This document shows positions 1 to 8,406 of a DNA stretch of 45,412 bases, piece after piece. Made by a program: the position numbers and the translations under genes. Position 1 is the first letter of the stretch; each line of letters opens with the position of its first letter. The DNA comes from a virus (lineage: Duplodnaviria; Caudoviricetes): the IMG/VR virus record IMGVR_UViG_3300017821_000005, positions 1 to 45,412 of that record, one strand, 5' to 3'. The notes under the pieces are model-generated. The model saw nothing but the letters and a program-made list of their open reading frames with translations. It did not search any database and was not told where the DNA came from.

Positions 1-984
1 ACATCTTCATTATCATACCAAGTTTGCCAAGATTTTTCAAACGCGGCCCAATTACGCTACGCACTAGCTGGCCGAGCATTTGGTAGAGATCCATTTGTGT
101 TATGGAGCCAGTTTTGCCTGATTGATAGAGGCAAAGCATTAGGTACGTCTGCAGGCATGTTTCGAGAAGCATTTTGGCGGCGGGTTAAATCACCTTGGGG
201 GACTAGCTGGACATTTCGCAAACGGCGCGAGAAAGAGCTGGCTAAATTCATCGCGGCCTCTTCACTACGGTATGCGATTGATGAATGTGTCCAATTACCA
301 CCCAAAGTCTATATCCGCAAAGAGTGTGAATTTCCGGAGGAAAATTGGCAATATTACGATATGATCAGAGACGAGCTGATTGCATCAAAGGGTAATTATC
401 GGGAGGTGCAGAATAGCTTTCTGCGTATGCGGCAGATCAGCTCTGGTTTTGTTGGCTTTAAAGATGATGAAACCGGAGAGAAAGCTCAGATCGAGTTCGA
501 GCATAATCCAAAATTAGACCTGCTAATGGAGCTTATTGACGAGGCTCCAGAGGACAAAAAGTTAGTGGTATTTTACGAGTTCAATTATTTTGGAGCCCGT
601 ATTTGCCAAGAATTGACAAAAGCTAAATACAAGTTTGGTTGGCTATGGGGCGGAACAAAGGATTGGACTCGGATCAAGGACAGCTTCAATAACGACCCAG
701 ATTTCCGTATATTGGTAGCTAATTGGAAGAAAGGAGCTATGGGTTTAAACCTACAAGCCGCGAATTATGTACTGTTTGCAGAAAGCCCGGTTAGTGGTAT
801 TGAACGGTATGAGTGTGAGGGCCGTATATATCGGACCGGGCAGAAATTCAGGTCTATGATTTATGACCTCATCGTAAAAGGTTCCATAGATGAAAAGATT
901 TTAGAGTTCCATTCTGAATCGAGGTCGCTATTCAAAGCACTAGTAGAAGATCCAGGTAGGGTACTAAATAGGCAAAGAATATGA
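1..984 (+). CDS. SNF2/SF2-type helicase, C-terminal part (5' truncated by window)
   Basis: Frame is open from base 1. Motifs LWSQF, NPKLDLL, GAMGLNLQAANYVLF and Q/E-x-x-x-R-x-x-R-x-GQ (ECEGRIYRTGQ) are typical of the HELICc domain of SNF2-like phage helicases. Confidence 0.85.
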   Translation, partial: TSSLSYQVCQDFSNAAQLRYALAGRAFGRDPFVLWSQFCLIDRGKALGTSAGMFREAFWRRVKSPWGTSWTFRKRREKELAKFIAASSLRYAIDECVQLPPKVYIRKECEFPEENWQYYDMIRDELIASKGNYREVQNSFLRMRQISSGFVGFKDDETGEKAQIEFEHNPKLDLLMELIDEAPEDKKLVVFYEFNYFGARICQELTKAKYKFGWLWGGTKDWTRIKDSFNNDPDFRILVANWKKGAMGLNLQAANYVLFAESPVSGIERYECEGRIYRTGQKFRSMIYDLIVKGSIDEKILEFHSESRSLFKALVEDPGRVLNRQRI

Positions 985-1190
985 CAGAAACAGTTGATCA
1001 TCCGGCGCACTATACCAAACATCCTTCCGGTATCGAGTGTATCCAGATCACCCGCCATATGAATTTTAATCTTGGTAACGCGATAAAATATATTTGGCGC
1101 TCGGATGAGAAAGGCGATTCGATTGAAGACTTGAAAAAAGCACGCTGGTATCTAGCCGATGAAATCAAACGTCTTGGAGGCGAACCATGA
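981..1190 (+). CDS. DUF3310 family protein
   Basis: VDHPAHY...IECI...FNLGNAIKYIWR...EDLKKARWYL signature; ATGA overlap with the helicase. Confidence 0.9.
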   Translation: MTETVDHPAHYTKHPSGIECIQITRHMNFNLGNAIKYIWRSDEKGDSIEDLKKARWYLADEIKRLGGEP

Positions 1191-2104
1191 GCTACCTTAC
1201 GTCCGCAACAATCATCCTCGATAGCGTTACCCCGTACGGACCGGAAGCACGTCTGACGTCCATGTACGTCGTTTTCCCTCACATGATCCTCGGGGAGCGC
1301 AATCGCCACCGCGGCTTTAGCTTGTCCGACCGCAGCTCGCGCGCTGTGCCACCGGAAAAGCTCATTGCCGAAGTCCGCGAAGACCCAGCGATGCCGGCGA
1401 AGTTTCGCCGCCGGGCGAAGGGCATGGGTGGGGGCGAAGAACTCACCGGCGGCGATCTCATCTGGGCAAAAGTTATGTGGCATCAGGCGGCGCACAAGGC
1501 TGTCGAAGCAGCGGAGGGCCTGCTAAGGGGTGACTTAGCCAAAGAAATCGTCAACCGCCCCTTGGGTCCATACATCCGAATGCACAGCTTAATGACCGCA
1601 ACGCGCGACATATGGCTGAACTTCTTCGGGCTGAGGCTCGATGCGGCAGCCGACCCAACAATCCAGGTACTGGCCCAGGCATGCTTCGCGGCATACAAGT
1701 CTAGTGAGCCGAAGCTGCTACAGCCCGGCGAATGGCACCTGCCGTTTGTCGATCTCAACGAGCCCGAGCTCGCGGGCAATTCGGCAGACCCAGACCAGGA
1801 AGTCGCTCGCTATCTGTCGGCTGCCCGCTGCGCTCACCTCTCCTACAACGATCTGGAAACCGGCAAGCGCATGACAGTAGATCGTGGACTGGCAATCTAC
1901 GATAAGCTAGTTGGCTCGTCACCAATCCATGCAAGTCCACTAGAGCATCAAGCGACACCGGATGAATACATTAGGATTAGTTTAGGTATGGGTTCCGGTT
2001 GGCTGTGTCCGAAGGAGCATGGCAATCTCGTTGGGTGGCGTCAAGCCCGCAAAATGATTCCGGGCGAAGCTGTAGCGCCGCTCCCCGAAGGCTACGAACT
2101 GTGA
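1187..2104 (+). CDS. thyX: FAD-dependent thymidylate synthase (ThyX-like)
   Basis: RHR-x7-S motif (RHRGFSLSDRS), plus NFFGLR, SAARCA and HASPLEHQA, as in phage ThyX proteins. Confidence 0.85.
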   Translation: MSYLTSATIILDSVTPYGPEARLTSMYVVFPHMILGERNRHRGFSLSDRSSRAVPPEKLIAEVREDPAMPAKFRRRAKGMGGGEELTGGDLIWAKVMWHQAAHKAVEAAEGLLRGDLAKEIVNRPLGPYIRMHSLMTATRDIWLNFFGLRLDAAADPTIQVLAQACFAAYKSSEPKLLQPGEWHLPFVDLNEPELAGNSADPDQEVARYLSAARCAHLSYNDLETGKRMTVDRGLAIYDKLVGSSPIHASPLEHQATPDEYIRISLGMGSGWLCPKEHGNLVGWRQARKMIPGEAVAPLPEGYEL

Positions 2105-2322
2105 CCCTCACTGGCTTCACACTGTTCAAAGTCCAGTCTGGCTGGCAGTTGAGCACACGAGAAGGCGACGATACCGCATGGAGCGTGCGCATCATCTCTG
2201 AGGAGCAGGCACAGACGTTGCTACGTACGGTTGAGCCGATAACGCCCGTACATGATAAGCCGCGCAACGCGACGGACTTGTTCGGTCGAGCCTCGCCAAA
2301 GCGCCCTCGCGTGCATCTTTGA
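2101..2322 (+). CDS. hypothetical protein (73 aa)
   Basis: GTGA overlap with the thyX stop gives MTLTGFTLFKVQSGWQLS... Confidence 0.6.
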   Translation: MTLTGFTLFKVQSGWQLSTREGDDTAWSVRIISEEQAQTLLRTVEPITPVHDKPRNATDLFGRASPKRPRVHL

Positions 2323-2381
2323 TGCTAACCTATTGATTCTCCAACATAGAAAAAAAGTTGGATACGCGTGCGGGTTTTCCC

Positions 2382-2409
2382 TTGCATTCGGTACCAACAG
2401 GTATAACCT
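2382..2409 (+). promoter_or_regulatory. candidate sigma70-type early promoter
   Basis: TTGCAT-N16-TAACCT in an intergenic region with an AT-rich upstream tract, ahead of the early gene row. Confidence 0.4.
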
Positions 2410-2516
2410 ACTCATCAAGCAGAACGTCATATAGTCTATCACCTAGCGGAATGAGAACGAGCGCAACCCGAAAGGGATCTTGGATCGAAGTCGTATATTA
2501 TCATTGCCAGACACAA

Positions 2517-2589
2517 CCCGCAGCGTCCACGTCGCGTCTGGCGGACAACGGCCATTGGCCGGCTGACAGCGGGAAAATTCCTAGGAGGA
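2517..2589 (+). promoter_or_regulatory. structured leader 1 ending in TCCTAGGAGGA
   Basis: Multi-stem fold (GTCC..GGAC; CGGCC-ATT-GGCCG; CCCGC..GCGGG) followed by the conserved 11-mer containing the SD. Confidence 0.6.
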
Positions 2590-2593
2590 CAGA

Positions 2594-2914
2594 ATGAGAG
2601 AGCATGAATATGAAGTGTGGACTGACGATGAAGGTGCAATAGCGACCTTCACGCAAGAATACTACGCTTCATTATTCTACGATCGTTTGGTCGAAAGTAT
2701 AACCGAGTCCGATTCGATGTGGAATGATATACTGCTCGATTATGCAGAAGAAAACAAAAACGTGACCCTTGAACTCAGAGACTATCCCAAACCGGATAAC
2801 GACGATTATATAGTTATGCGATCGGATATATTTCGACCGTCTAACGATGGCGATGACCGAGATAACGGTCCTGATCCCGTGAAACCAACACCGGTTCTTA
2901 CTGGTAGTGTGTAA
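2594..2914 (+). CDS. hypothetical acidic early protein
   Basis: Strong SD AGGAGG, ATG start, 106 aa. Confidence 0.8.
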   Translation: MREHEYEVWTDDEGAIATFTQEYYASLFYDRLVESITESDSMWNDILLDYAEENKNVTLELRDYPKPDNDDYIVMRSDIFRPSNDGDDRDNGPDPVKPTPVLTGSV

Positions 2915-2922
2915 CGCAGAGG

Positions 2923-2996
2923 ACAATGGGCAGTAATGCCCATTGTAATGCAGCAGTCCGGTTCCAAGCCCGGACAACGCATCATTCCTAGGAGGA
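2923..2996 (+). promoter_or_regulatory. structured leader 2 ending in TCCTAGGAGGA
   Basis: Hairpins ACAATGGGCA-GTAA-TGCCCATTGT and GTCCGG-TTCCAAGC-CCGGAC, then the 11-mer at 2986-2996. Confidence 0.65.
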
Positions 2997-3000
2997 CAGA

Positions 3001-3186
3001 ATGAAGTTCCATGATCAGCACGACCCAAATCCGGAGACCTATTTCTTGGAGGCCAAGAAAATGGAGGATGGCAGTGCGTTTTTTCAGATACGGCTCAAGG
3101 AGGGGCCGCGCCGGTGGCGATCTGAAGATATAACTATATCTCCAGACGATGTCCAACGTCTTATCAAACTGTTATCTAACGACTAG
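3001..3186 (+). CDS. hypothetical early protein
   Basis: Strong SD, 61 aa. Confidence 0.75.
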   Translation: MKFHDQHDPNPETYFLEAKKMEDGSAFFQIRLKEGPRRWRSEDITISPDDVQRLIKLLSND

Positions 3187-3281
3187 GGCGTCCAGCGCCC
3201 CTTTGGCCGGCAAGATCGAACGCCTCCCCGCGGTGCCGGCTGGGTAACGCTAAGTTCGATCGCAACGAAATCCTAGGAGGA
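3186..3281 (+). promoter_or_regulatory. structured leader 3 ending in TCCTAGGAGGA
   Basis: GGGCG-TCCAG-CGCCC hairpin, GATCGAAC...GTTCGATC stem, 11-mer at 3271-3281. Confidence 0.6.
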
Positions 3282-3285
3282 GAGT

Positions 3286-3930
3286 ATGACGACGTTACAG
3301 ACACCGCGCTTGGTAGAGCGCTGTGGCAATCGCCGAGAAGCTGATAAAAGCGTCGAACAGCGAACCAAGATACAGGGCGGCGTTTGGTCCGTTCGCGGCA
3401 CCCGCGGCGACTACCAAGTGTGGCAGGAATTGACCCGCGAGCAGATCGAGTTTACCAAGCGCCTCGACAGCGCCAAAATGATGCTCAGCCCAGAATTCGA
3501 CTGGCTCAACCCTAAGGCTGTCATGTCTGCCTACCGTGAACGTGACCAGAGCAAAGCCGAGCTGGACAAGTGGGCCAAACAATTTGCGCTTCACCCGCTT
3601 GACGCATTTGAATGGTCTATAGCCACGGTCGAAGAAGCCGCACGGCACACCGTGCTTTGCCAGATCATTCGCTCTGCCGAGGAAGGCGCAACTGCTGATG
3701 AGCTGGCGCGCTACTTCACTAGAGAGAGCGAGCGTCAAGACAGTTATGAACACCTAAGCTATTCGTTTAGCCCGATAGCTAACCTCACCAAACAAGCCGA
3801 GCGCATCGCAATGCGCAAATACGCTGCGCATCTGCGCTCTTACGCTAAAGCACGCGCCGAAGCTATCGGCACACTTTACGAAGTGGCGGAAATAGAGGCA
3901 GAGCAGCAAGCGGCAAATACCGTGACATAG
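3286..3930 (+). CDS. hypothetical early protein (helical)
   Basis: Strong SD, 214 aa. Confidence 0.8.
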   Translation: MTTLQTPRLVERCGNRREADKSVEQRTKIQGGVWSVRGTRGDYQVWQELTREQIEFTKRLDSAKMMLSPEFDWLNPKAVMSAYRERDQSKAELDKWAKQFALHPLDAFEWSIATVEEAARHTVLCQIIRSAEEGATADELARYFTRESERQDSYEHLSYSFSPIANLTKQAERIAMRKYAAHLRSYAKARAEAIGTLYEVAEIEAEQQAANTVT

Positions 3931-3980
3931 ACGTTTCAATCCACCTTCGCTAGTAGTTCTGCGGCTTGCCCTCTTCGGAG

Positions 3981-4019
3981 GGCAGAGCGCAGCACTACGG
4001 CTGCAAAATCCTAGGAGGA
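3981..4019 (+). repeat. 39-bp exact direct repeat copy 1 (leader 4)
   Basis: GGCAGAGCGCAGCACTACGGCTGCAAAATCCTAGGAGGA is identical at 5151-5189. Confidence 0.95.
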
Positions 4020-4023
4020 ACAA

Positions 4024-4872
4024 ATGTCAATCGATCCCACCATCAGCGCTTCGGCTATCAGTGAAGTCGAGCGCGCCATTATCGACCAATATGGATTCGA
4101 TCTGAAGGACGACACCGGTCATTTCGTGCTAATCGATCCGACCTGCAAAAAAGCCAAACAGCGGTACAAGTTCGGTCCGGGCGGCAATCTATCACTGTTG
4201 TTGAGGGCAGCGATGGACAATCACGATCAGCACAAGCGCGCTCAGATCCTACCAAAAGTAGAGCCGATAGCCGATGCAGAAAACGACACGTCACAGAAAT
4301 GCGTAGCGTCGTCTGAGGCGCACGAAACGTCTGACGCGTGTGTTGATACGTCGAGCGTGTCTTCGCAAATCCCCGACGCACCAGAGCCGCCGCCATACGA
4401 TTTTACAGCGGAACAGAATGCGACGATCGCAAAATACGGATTTGTCGTCACAAGCAACCCACTCAGCGATAACATCGTGATCGAAGATCCGGCCGTTACG
4501 AAGTTCTACGCGTTCAAAAACGCATCGAAAAAGGGCCGGTATGTTGGGTCCTATCTCGATGAGCTGCTGAATCAGGCCGTGGTCATTCATGAAGAAATGC
4601 TTGCTGAGCAAGCCGGCGGTGGCAAGAACGGCAACGGCAACGGGAAAAAGACAGCCACGAAAGCCGCTGGTAAACAGAAGGCCGACAAGCCCGCAAAGCC
4701 GTTAAAGGTGAAGAAGGACAATCGTTACCTGCGGGCGTTTCGGGTGATCATTGCCGATCCAAATATAACGGCGGACTCAGTCGCCAAGAAAGCGAACATG
4801 TCTATCAGTATGGCCAATGCGTGCATCGCAGCGTGGCAAGCCGCCGTTGCGGTTATGAACGAAAAAAAGTGA
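4024..4872 (+). CDS. hypothetical early protein with duplicated N-terminal domain, Lys-rich linker and possible C-terminal HTH
   Basis: Strong SD. Two similar segments (IIDQYGF..LIDP / TIAKYGF..IEDP). C-terminal DPNITADSVAKKANMSISMA is HTH-like. Confidence 0.75.
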   Translation: MSIDPTISASAISEVERAIIDQYGFDLKDDTGHFVLIDPTCKKAKQRYKFGPGGNLSLLLRAAMDNHDQHKRAQILPKVEPIADAENDTSQKCVASSEAHETSDACVDTSSVSSQIPDAPEPPPYDFTAEQNATIAKYGFVVTSNPLSDNIVIEDPAVTKFYAFKNASKKGRYVGSYLDELLNQAVVIHEEMLAEQAGGGKNGNGNGKKTATKAAGKQKADKPAKPLKVKKDNRYLRAFRVIIADPNITADSVAKKANMSISMANACIAAWQAAVAVMNEKK

Positions 4873-5120
4873 GCCGGGCGCAACGCAAGCGCAACGCTGA
4901 GAAGTGGGCCGACGAACAGATTGCCAAAGCCGACAGGTTCTCGGTGGTGCTGTTCGTCGGCGCGCCGCAGCTGTATGATAAGCGCTGGACTTCATCACTG
5001 GCGGATGCTCGTTGCTTGAAGCGGCGTATGATTACTGAGTATGGCAATACCAACTCAGGGCGGCAGCCGATGATTTATGCAATAGTGCCGCCAAACGACA
5101 TCACAGTGTTTGTGGAGTGA
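4869..5120 (+). CDS. hypothetical protein (83 aa)
   Basis: GTGA overlap with the upstream stop. Confidence 0.65.
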   Translation: MSRAQRKRNAEKWADEQIAKADRFSVVLFVGAPQLYDKRWTSSLADARCLKRRMITEYGNTNSGRQPMIYAIVPPNDITVFVE

Positions 5121-5150
5121 GTCTTTAGGCCTGCCCTTCTTAAATAGGAA

Positions 5151-5189
5151 GGCAGAGCGCAGCACTACGGCTGCAAAATCCTAGGAGGA
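5151..5189 (+). repeat. 39-bp exact direct repeat copy 2 (leader 5)
   Basis: Identical to 3981-4019. Confidence 0.95.
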
Positions 5190-5193
5190 CGAG

Positions 5194-5514
5194 ATGTGGG
5201 TCTTACATCATAACGGTCTTATGTGGACACAATGCCATCAAAAAGCTCACACTGGAATGCTTGGTTTCTTACCCGGGTTCTTGAACGTAGACGATGAACG
5301 GCCAGCTTGCGAGCAATTTAAGGCTGCGTATGGTTGGCGGCCGTTTGATGGATTCAAGATGCTGCCAAACGGCAATCTGTCGTATCCCGGCGATCCAGAA
5401 GTGCAGTTGCTGGCGGAGACGAAGCTCCGGTACGAAACCATCCGGTTCTATGATTGCGCATGGGTGGCTATCATCCAACCGGACGAATCGTTTGAAATCT
5501 GCCGGATGGATTGA
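5194..5514 (+). CDS. hypothetical phage protein
   Basis: Strong SD; 106 aa with a YPGDP motif. Confidence 0.75.
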   Translation: MWVLHHNGLMWTQCHQKAHTGMLGFLPGFLNVDDERPACEQFKAAYGWRPFDGFKMLPNGNLSYPGDPEVQLLAETKLRYETIRFYDCAWVAIIQPDESFEICRMD

Positions 5515-5526
5515 AAGGAGGACGGT

Positions 5527-5625
5527 GTGATCATAGTACTACTTCAACCAGGTGATAAGAAAAGCTTTCGCGCACGTATCGCAACAGCCACGCTGGCCAA
5601 ACTTTCCACATACATAAGGGGGTAA
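5527..5625 (+). CDS. small hypothetical protein (32 aa)
   Basis: AGGAGG SD followed by GTG; MIIVLLQPGDKKSFRARIATATLAKLSTYIRG fills the gap between neighbours. Confidence 0.45.
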   Translation: MIIVLLQPGDKKSFRARIATATLAKLSTYIRG

Positions 5626-5631
5626 AAGCAG

Positions 5632-5829
5632 ATGATGGACGTACAATCGCTACCGCCAAAGATGGCGGCAAAGTTTGCCCAAGATGCAAAAGATGGTAAA
5701 GCTACCCGCAGCCTTGGTAACCAATTTTATGAATTTGATAACGGCAGCAACATTGTCGTTCTTGTTTCACTTGATCCACCTAGTGGATATACAAGAAGAA
5801 AAACACCAGCCGAGAAAAGGAAGGATTAA
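5632..5829 (+). CDS. hypothetical protein
   Basis: AAGGGGG SD; 65 aa. Confidence 0.6.
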   Translation: MMDVQSLPPKMAAKFAQDAKDGKATRSLGNQFYEFDNGSNIVVLVSLDPPSGYTRRKTPAEKRKD

Positions 5830-5835
5830 CAAGAC

Positions 5836-6195
5836 ATGAGTCTCATCAAGATAGAAGCTATCTTTAGCTGCGATGGCTGTGGAAACAGATTCACGGCTAA
5901 TCTCGATCCAGCCGGAAAACTATCCGACAGTTGGACCCTATTCGATCAGGCGGTTGATACGATAAAAAATGGGATATTGGCATATTCAGTGGAAGCCGGC
6001 ATGCACCTCTGCTCTAAATGCACAAAACTGGTATGCCGGGATAAGCGCTTCGTTGACAGAGATCCAACCGAGGAGGAAATTGAACAGCTCTTGGCCGAGA
6101 ATGCTTGTCACATATGCGGAATGCTAACCACTATGCGCGAATACGCACATGGGCGCCCGCTGTGTCTCGACTGTTTTGGAAGATCGTCGCCGTAA
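5836..6195 (+). CDS. Zn-finger-like protein
   Basis: Four CxxC pairs (CDGC, CSKC, CHIC, CLDC). Confidence 0.7.
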   Translation: MSLIKIEAIFSCDGCGNRFTANLDPAGKLSDSWTLFDQAVDTIKNGILAYSVEAGMHLCSKCTKLVCRDKRFVDRDPTEEEIEQLLAENACHICGMLTTMREYAHGRPLCLDCFGRSSP

Positions 6196-6200
6196 ACACA

Positions 6201-6237
6201 GAAAAAAGGGCTGGTAAAAAACTACCAGCCCCTTTGT
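6201..6237. terminator. intrinsic terminator between converging operons (probably bidirectional)
   Basis: 12-bp stem AAAGGGCTGGTA-AAAAAC-TACCAGCCCTTT with an A-run on the left and T-rich sequence on the right. Confidence 0.85.
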
Positions 6238-6261
6238 TATCTGTAGTGGTTTTTTTTGTTT

Positions 6262-7287
6262 TTAGCTGAACATTCCTGATACCTTCGAGCCGATAGGAAC
6301 GCCAAGGCCATCGCATACAGTCGCCGGCCACTTGCCGTTATTGCCCACAACAATCCGCTGAAGACAACTTAGGTTCTTATAAAACTGGTGCTCAACGGTT
6401 CCAGGCTTTGCCTTGATTGCAGCTGCAAGCGCTGCCCAAAATGGAGCTACAGCAGACGTGCCGCCGACAACGATCTTCTGGCCGCCACAGACGATCTCAT
6501 AACCAGTATGGGGATCCGCATTAGCCGCTAAATCGCCAACCATGCGACCATTAGCGAGCTTCGGCACACTAATTTGCCAAACTGGGCGATTGAAGAATAC
6601 AGAATACCCGCCGCCGGTTCCTTCGCCACCACCATTGTTCCAACAGAATTCGCTGGTAGTTGTCTTCGTCGTGCCCGAGCACGCAACTACACCAGGACAT
6701 GAAGCCGGGCAATCGACATGCGCCGCGCCTGGCTCACCATCACTATAGTCATTGTCGCCGGAAGCTGCGAAGACTGCTGTCCCCTTATCACTAGCATCAA
6801 CAGCAGCTGTATGCATCGCATATGCTGCAGTTTTGCCCCATTCGTTCTCAGGAGCACCCCAGCTTATTGATACCACGTCGCAACCTGCCTCTGCCGCTGA
6901 GGCGACCCCTGGATAGATGTTGCCGGTTTCATCCCAGACCATGACCAGCGTTGGTACTTTTCCTGTACACCACCAACTGACGAATGCGGCCACTTGCTGG
7001 TCGAGGGCTATTTCTACATTGGCTCCTTCAGGATCGGAGGGAAAGGGAGATGTGGGATAAACTATGTTTGGTACTGGCATTCCAACCGACAGGCAAAACT
7101 CCTCCATATCCGATGCAGAGGCGGTACCGCCTAGCTCGATGATGCCGATTCTATTGCCGCCGGTGAGGTTCCTGGGGAGGCCGTAGGCGGCGCACAGTGC
7201 GGGCAGCGTCCACGGTGTTGACAGCATGCGGGGGCTAGGACGGTGAACATAAGGGTGAATACCATCGATGTAAGGTCGCAACAGCAT
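6262..7287 (-). CDS. S53 (sedolisin/kumamolisin) serine peptidase, no prodomain or signal peptide
   Basis: ExxLD (EIALD), SISWG, AASGD and GGTSAVAP catalytic motifs. Confidence 0.9.
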   Translation of the reverse strand: MLLRPYIDGIHPYVHRPSPRMLSTPWTLPALCAAYGLPRNLTGGNRIGIIELGGTASASDMEEFCLSVGMPVPNIVYPTSPFPSDPEGANVEIALDQQVAAFVSWWCTGKVPTLVMVWDETGNIYPGVASAAEAGCDVVSISWGAPENEWGKTAAYAMHTAAVDASDKGTAVFAASGDNDYSDGEPGAAHVDCPASCPGVVACSGTTKTTTSEFCWNNGGGEGTGGGYSVFFNRPVWQISVPKLANGRMVGDLAANADPHTGYEIVCGGQKIVVGGTSAVAPFWAALAAAIKAKPGTVEHQFYKNLSCLQRIVVGNNGKWPATVCDGLGVPIGSKVSGMFS

Positions 7288-7299
7288 ATTCGTCCCCTG

Positions 7300-8406
7300 T
7301 CACCGTATAAGGTGGTTAATCCAACGGATAGTTCCATGTTCTACATATTCTGTGAGAGCGCAGCGTCCGTCGTGGACAGCACCTCTATGGTCGCCCAGCA
7401 ACGCCATGCCAGTATGCATAACTGCTTCTGGGTCATATGGCCTTTGGCACTGCCAAGACCACGGTGCCCACTCCATCGCGGGCGTGACAACACTCGGAAC
7501 GCCCATACGGATGCCGTCTGCAACAACACAGCAGAAGGTCTCATCGAAACTCGGCATCAGGAGGATATCCATATCCTCAACAATCTTGATAAAGTCACTC
7601 CAGACACACCAATCATGCTCAATGATCGTTGCTGATGGTATATTAGAGTATAGCCTTTGTCTCGACTGTAGGATGTGGTTCGCGCTATCAAAACGCTTGC
7701 CGAGAACGTGCCACTCTAGATGGACGCGGCGGCGACGTGCCATCCCTAAAGCAGCCTGTTGAGCGACGGACTGGTTCTTGGCCTCCCGAAGCGCCCCGAA
7801 GGTTCCTATACGTAGTGGATCAAAACCCTGACGTGATGGTGGGTTAGGTGTGAAGCCGTTGATATCGTAAAGATTGGGCAGCAGGGTAACGTCGACGCCG
7901 AAGCTGTCCCGGCACATGGCAACAAAACGGGAGTTATTGCCTGCTACGACTACATTATGCGTGCTATTTTGAAGATCAAGCACGGCTTTAACATTGTCCA
8001 TCGCATTCGGGTCGATGTGTAGAAAGCTCTGGCCCGAATGGTTGAGCACGATGAATTCGATATCGTCAAACTGTGCGGCAAGCGCGGCTATATTGTGCCC
8101 AGTAATGAACCCATAAGTATTGATAACCACATGGGTGACTGGACGGTTACCTGTCCATTGTTGGGCCTCCAGCCAGGTTGTAACCTCCTCTGCATTGGCG
8201 GCGCGTCGGCAGATACAATGAACATGCGCGCGGCGCAGTATGCGCATTTCAGCTGTGATGATAGAAGAGAGACCCGCATCAGATCCTGGCGCCATAGGCA
8301 TCAGATGGCTGATCAAGACGACATAGACACTCGACAGGTCGGGTGCAATTGCATGAGGGCGTCGTATGACCGGCTGCTCGTAACGGAAATCTGGATGGCG
8401 CGTCAT
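7300..8406 (-). CDS. GT-B fold glycosyltransferase (GT4-like)
   Basis: FGALREAKNQ and ILLMPSFDETFCCVVADGIRMGVPSV (E-x7-E/D motif). Confidence 0.8.
   Translation of the reverse strand: MTRHPDFRYEQPVIRRPHAIAPDLSSVYVVLISHLMPMAPGSDAGLSSIITAEMRILRRAHVHCICRRAANAEEVTTWLEAQQWTGNRPVTHVVINTYGFITGHNIAALAAQFDDIEFIVLNHSGQSFLHIDPNAMDNVKAVLDLQNSTHNVVVAGNNSRFVAMCRDSFGVDVTLLPNLYDINGFTPNPPSRQGFDPLRIGTFGALREAKNQSVAQQAALGMARRRRVHLEWHVLGKRFDSANHILQSRQRLYSNIPSATIIEHDWCVWSDFIKIVEDMDILLMPSFDETFCCVVADGIRMGVPSVVTPAMEWAPWSWQCQRPYDPEAVMHTGMALLGDHRGAVHDGRCALTEYVEHGTIRWINHLIR

Noticed and set aside
2358-2597. 79-aa ORF upstream of the early genes
   Set aside because: It spans the candidate promoter and structured leader 1 and lacks a convincing SD.
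2946-2966. GGTTCCAAGCCC T-loop-like hairpin as part of a tRNA
   Set aside because: No acceptor, D or anticodon arms could be built around it; treated as part of leader 2.
2517-5189. Repeated leaders read as a CRISPR array or integron attC sites
   Set aside because: The intervals are whole genes of 0.3-1.2 kb, the common core is only 11 bp and contains the SD, there are no attC RYYYAAC/GTTRRRY ends, and no cas or integrase gene is present.
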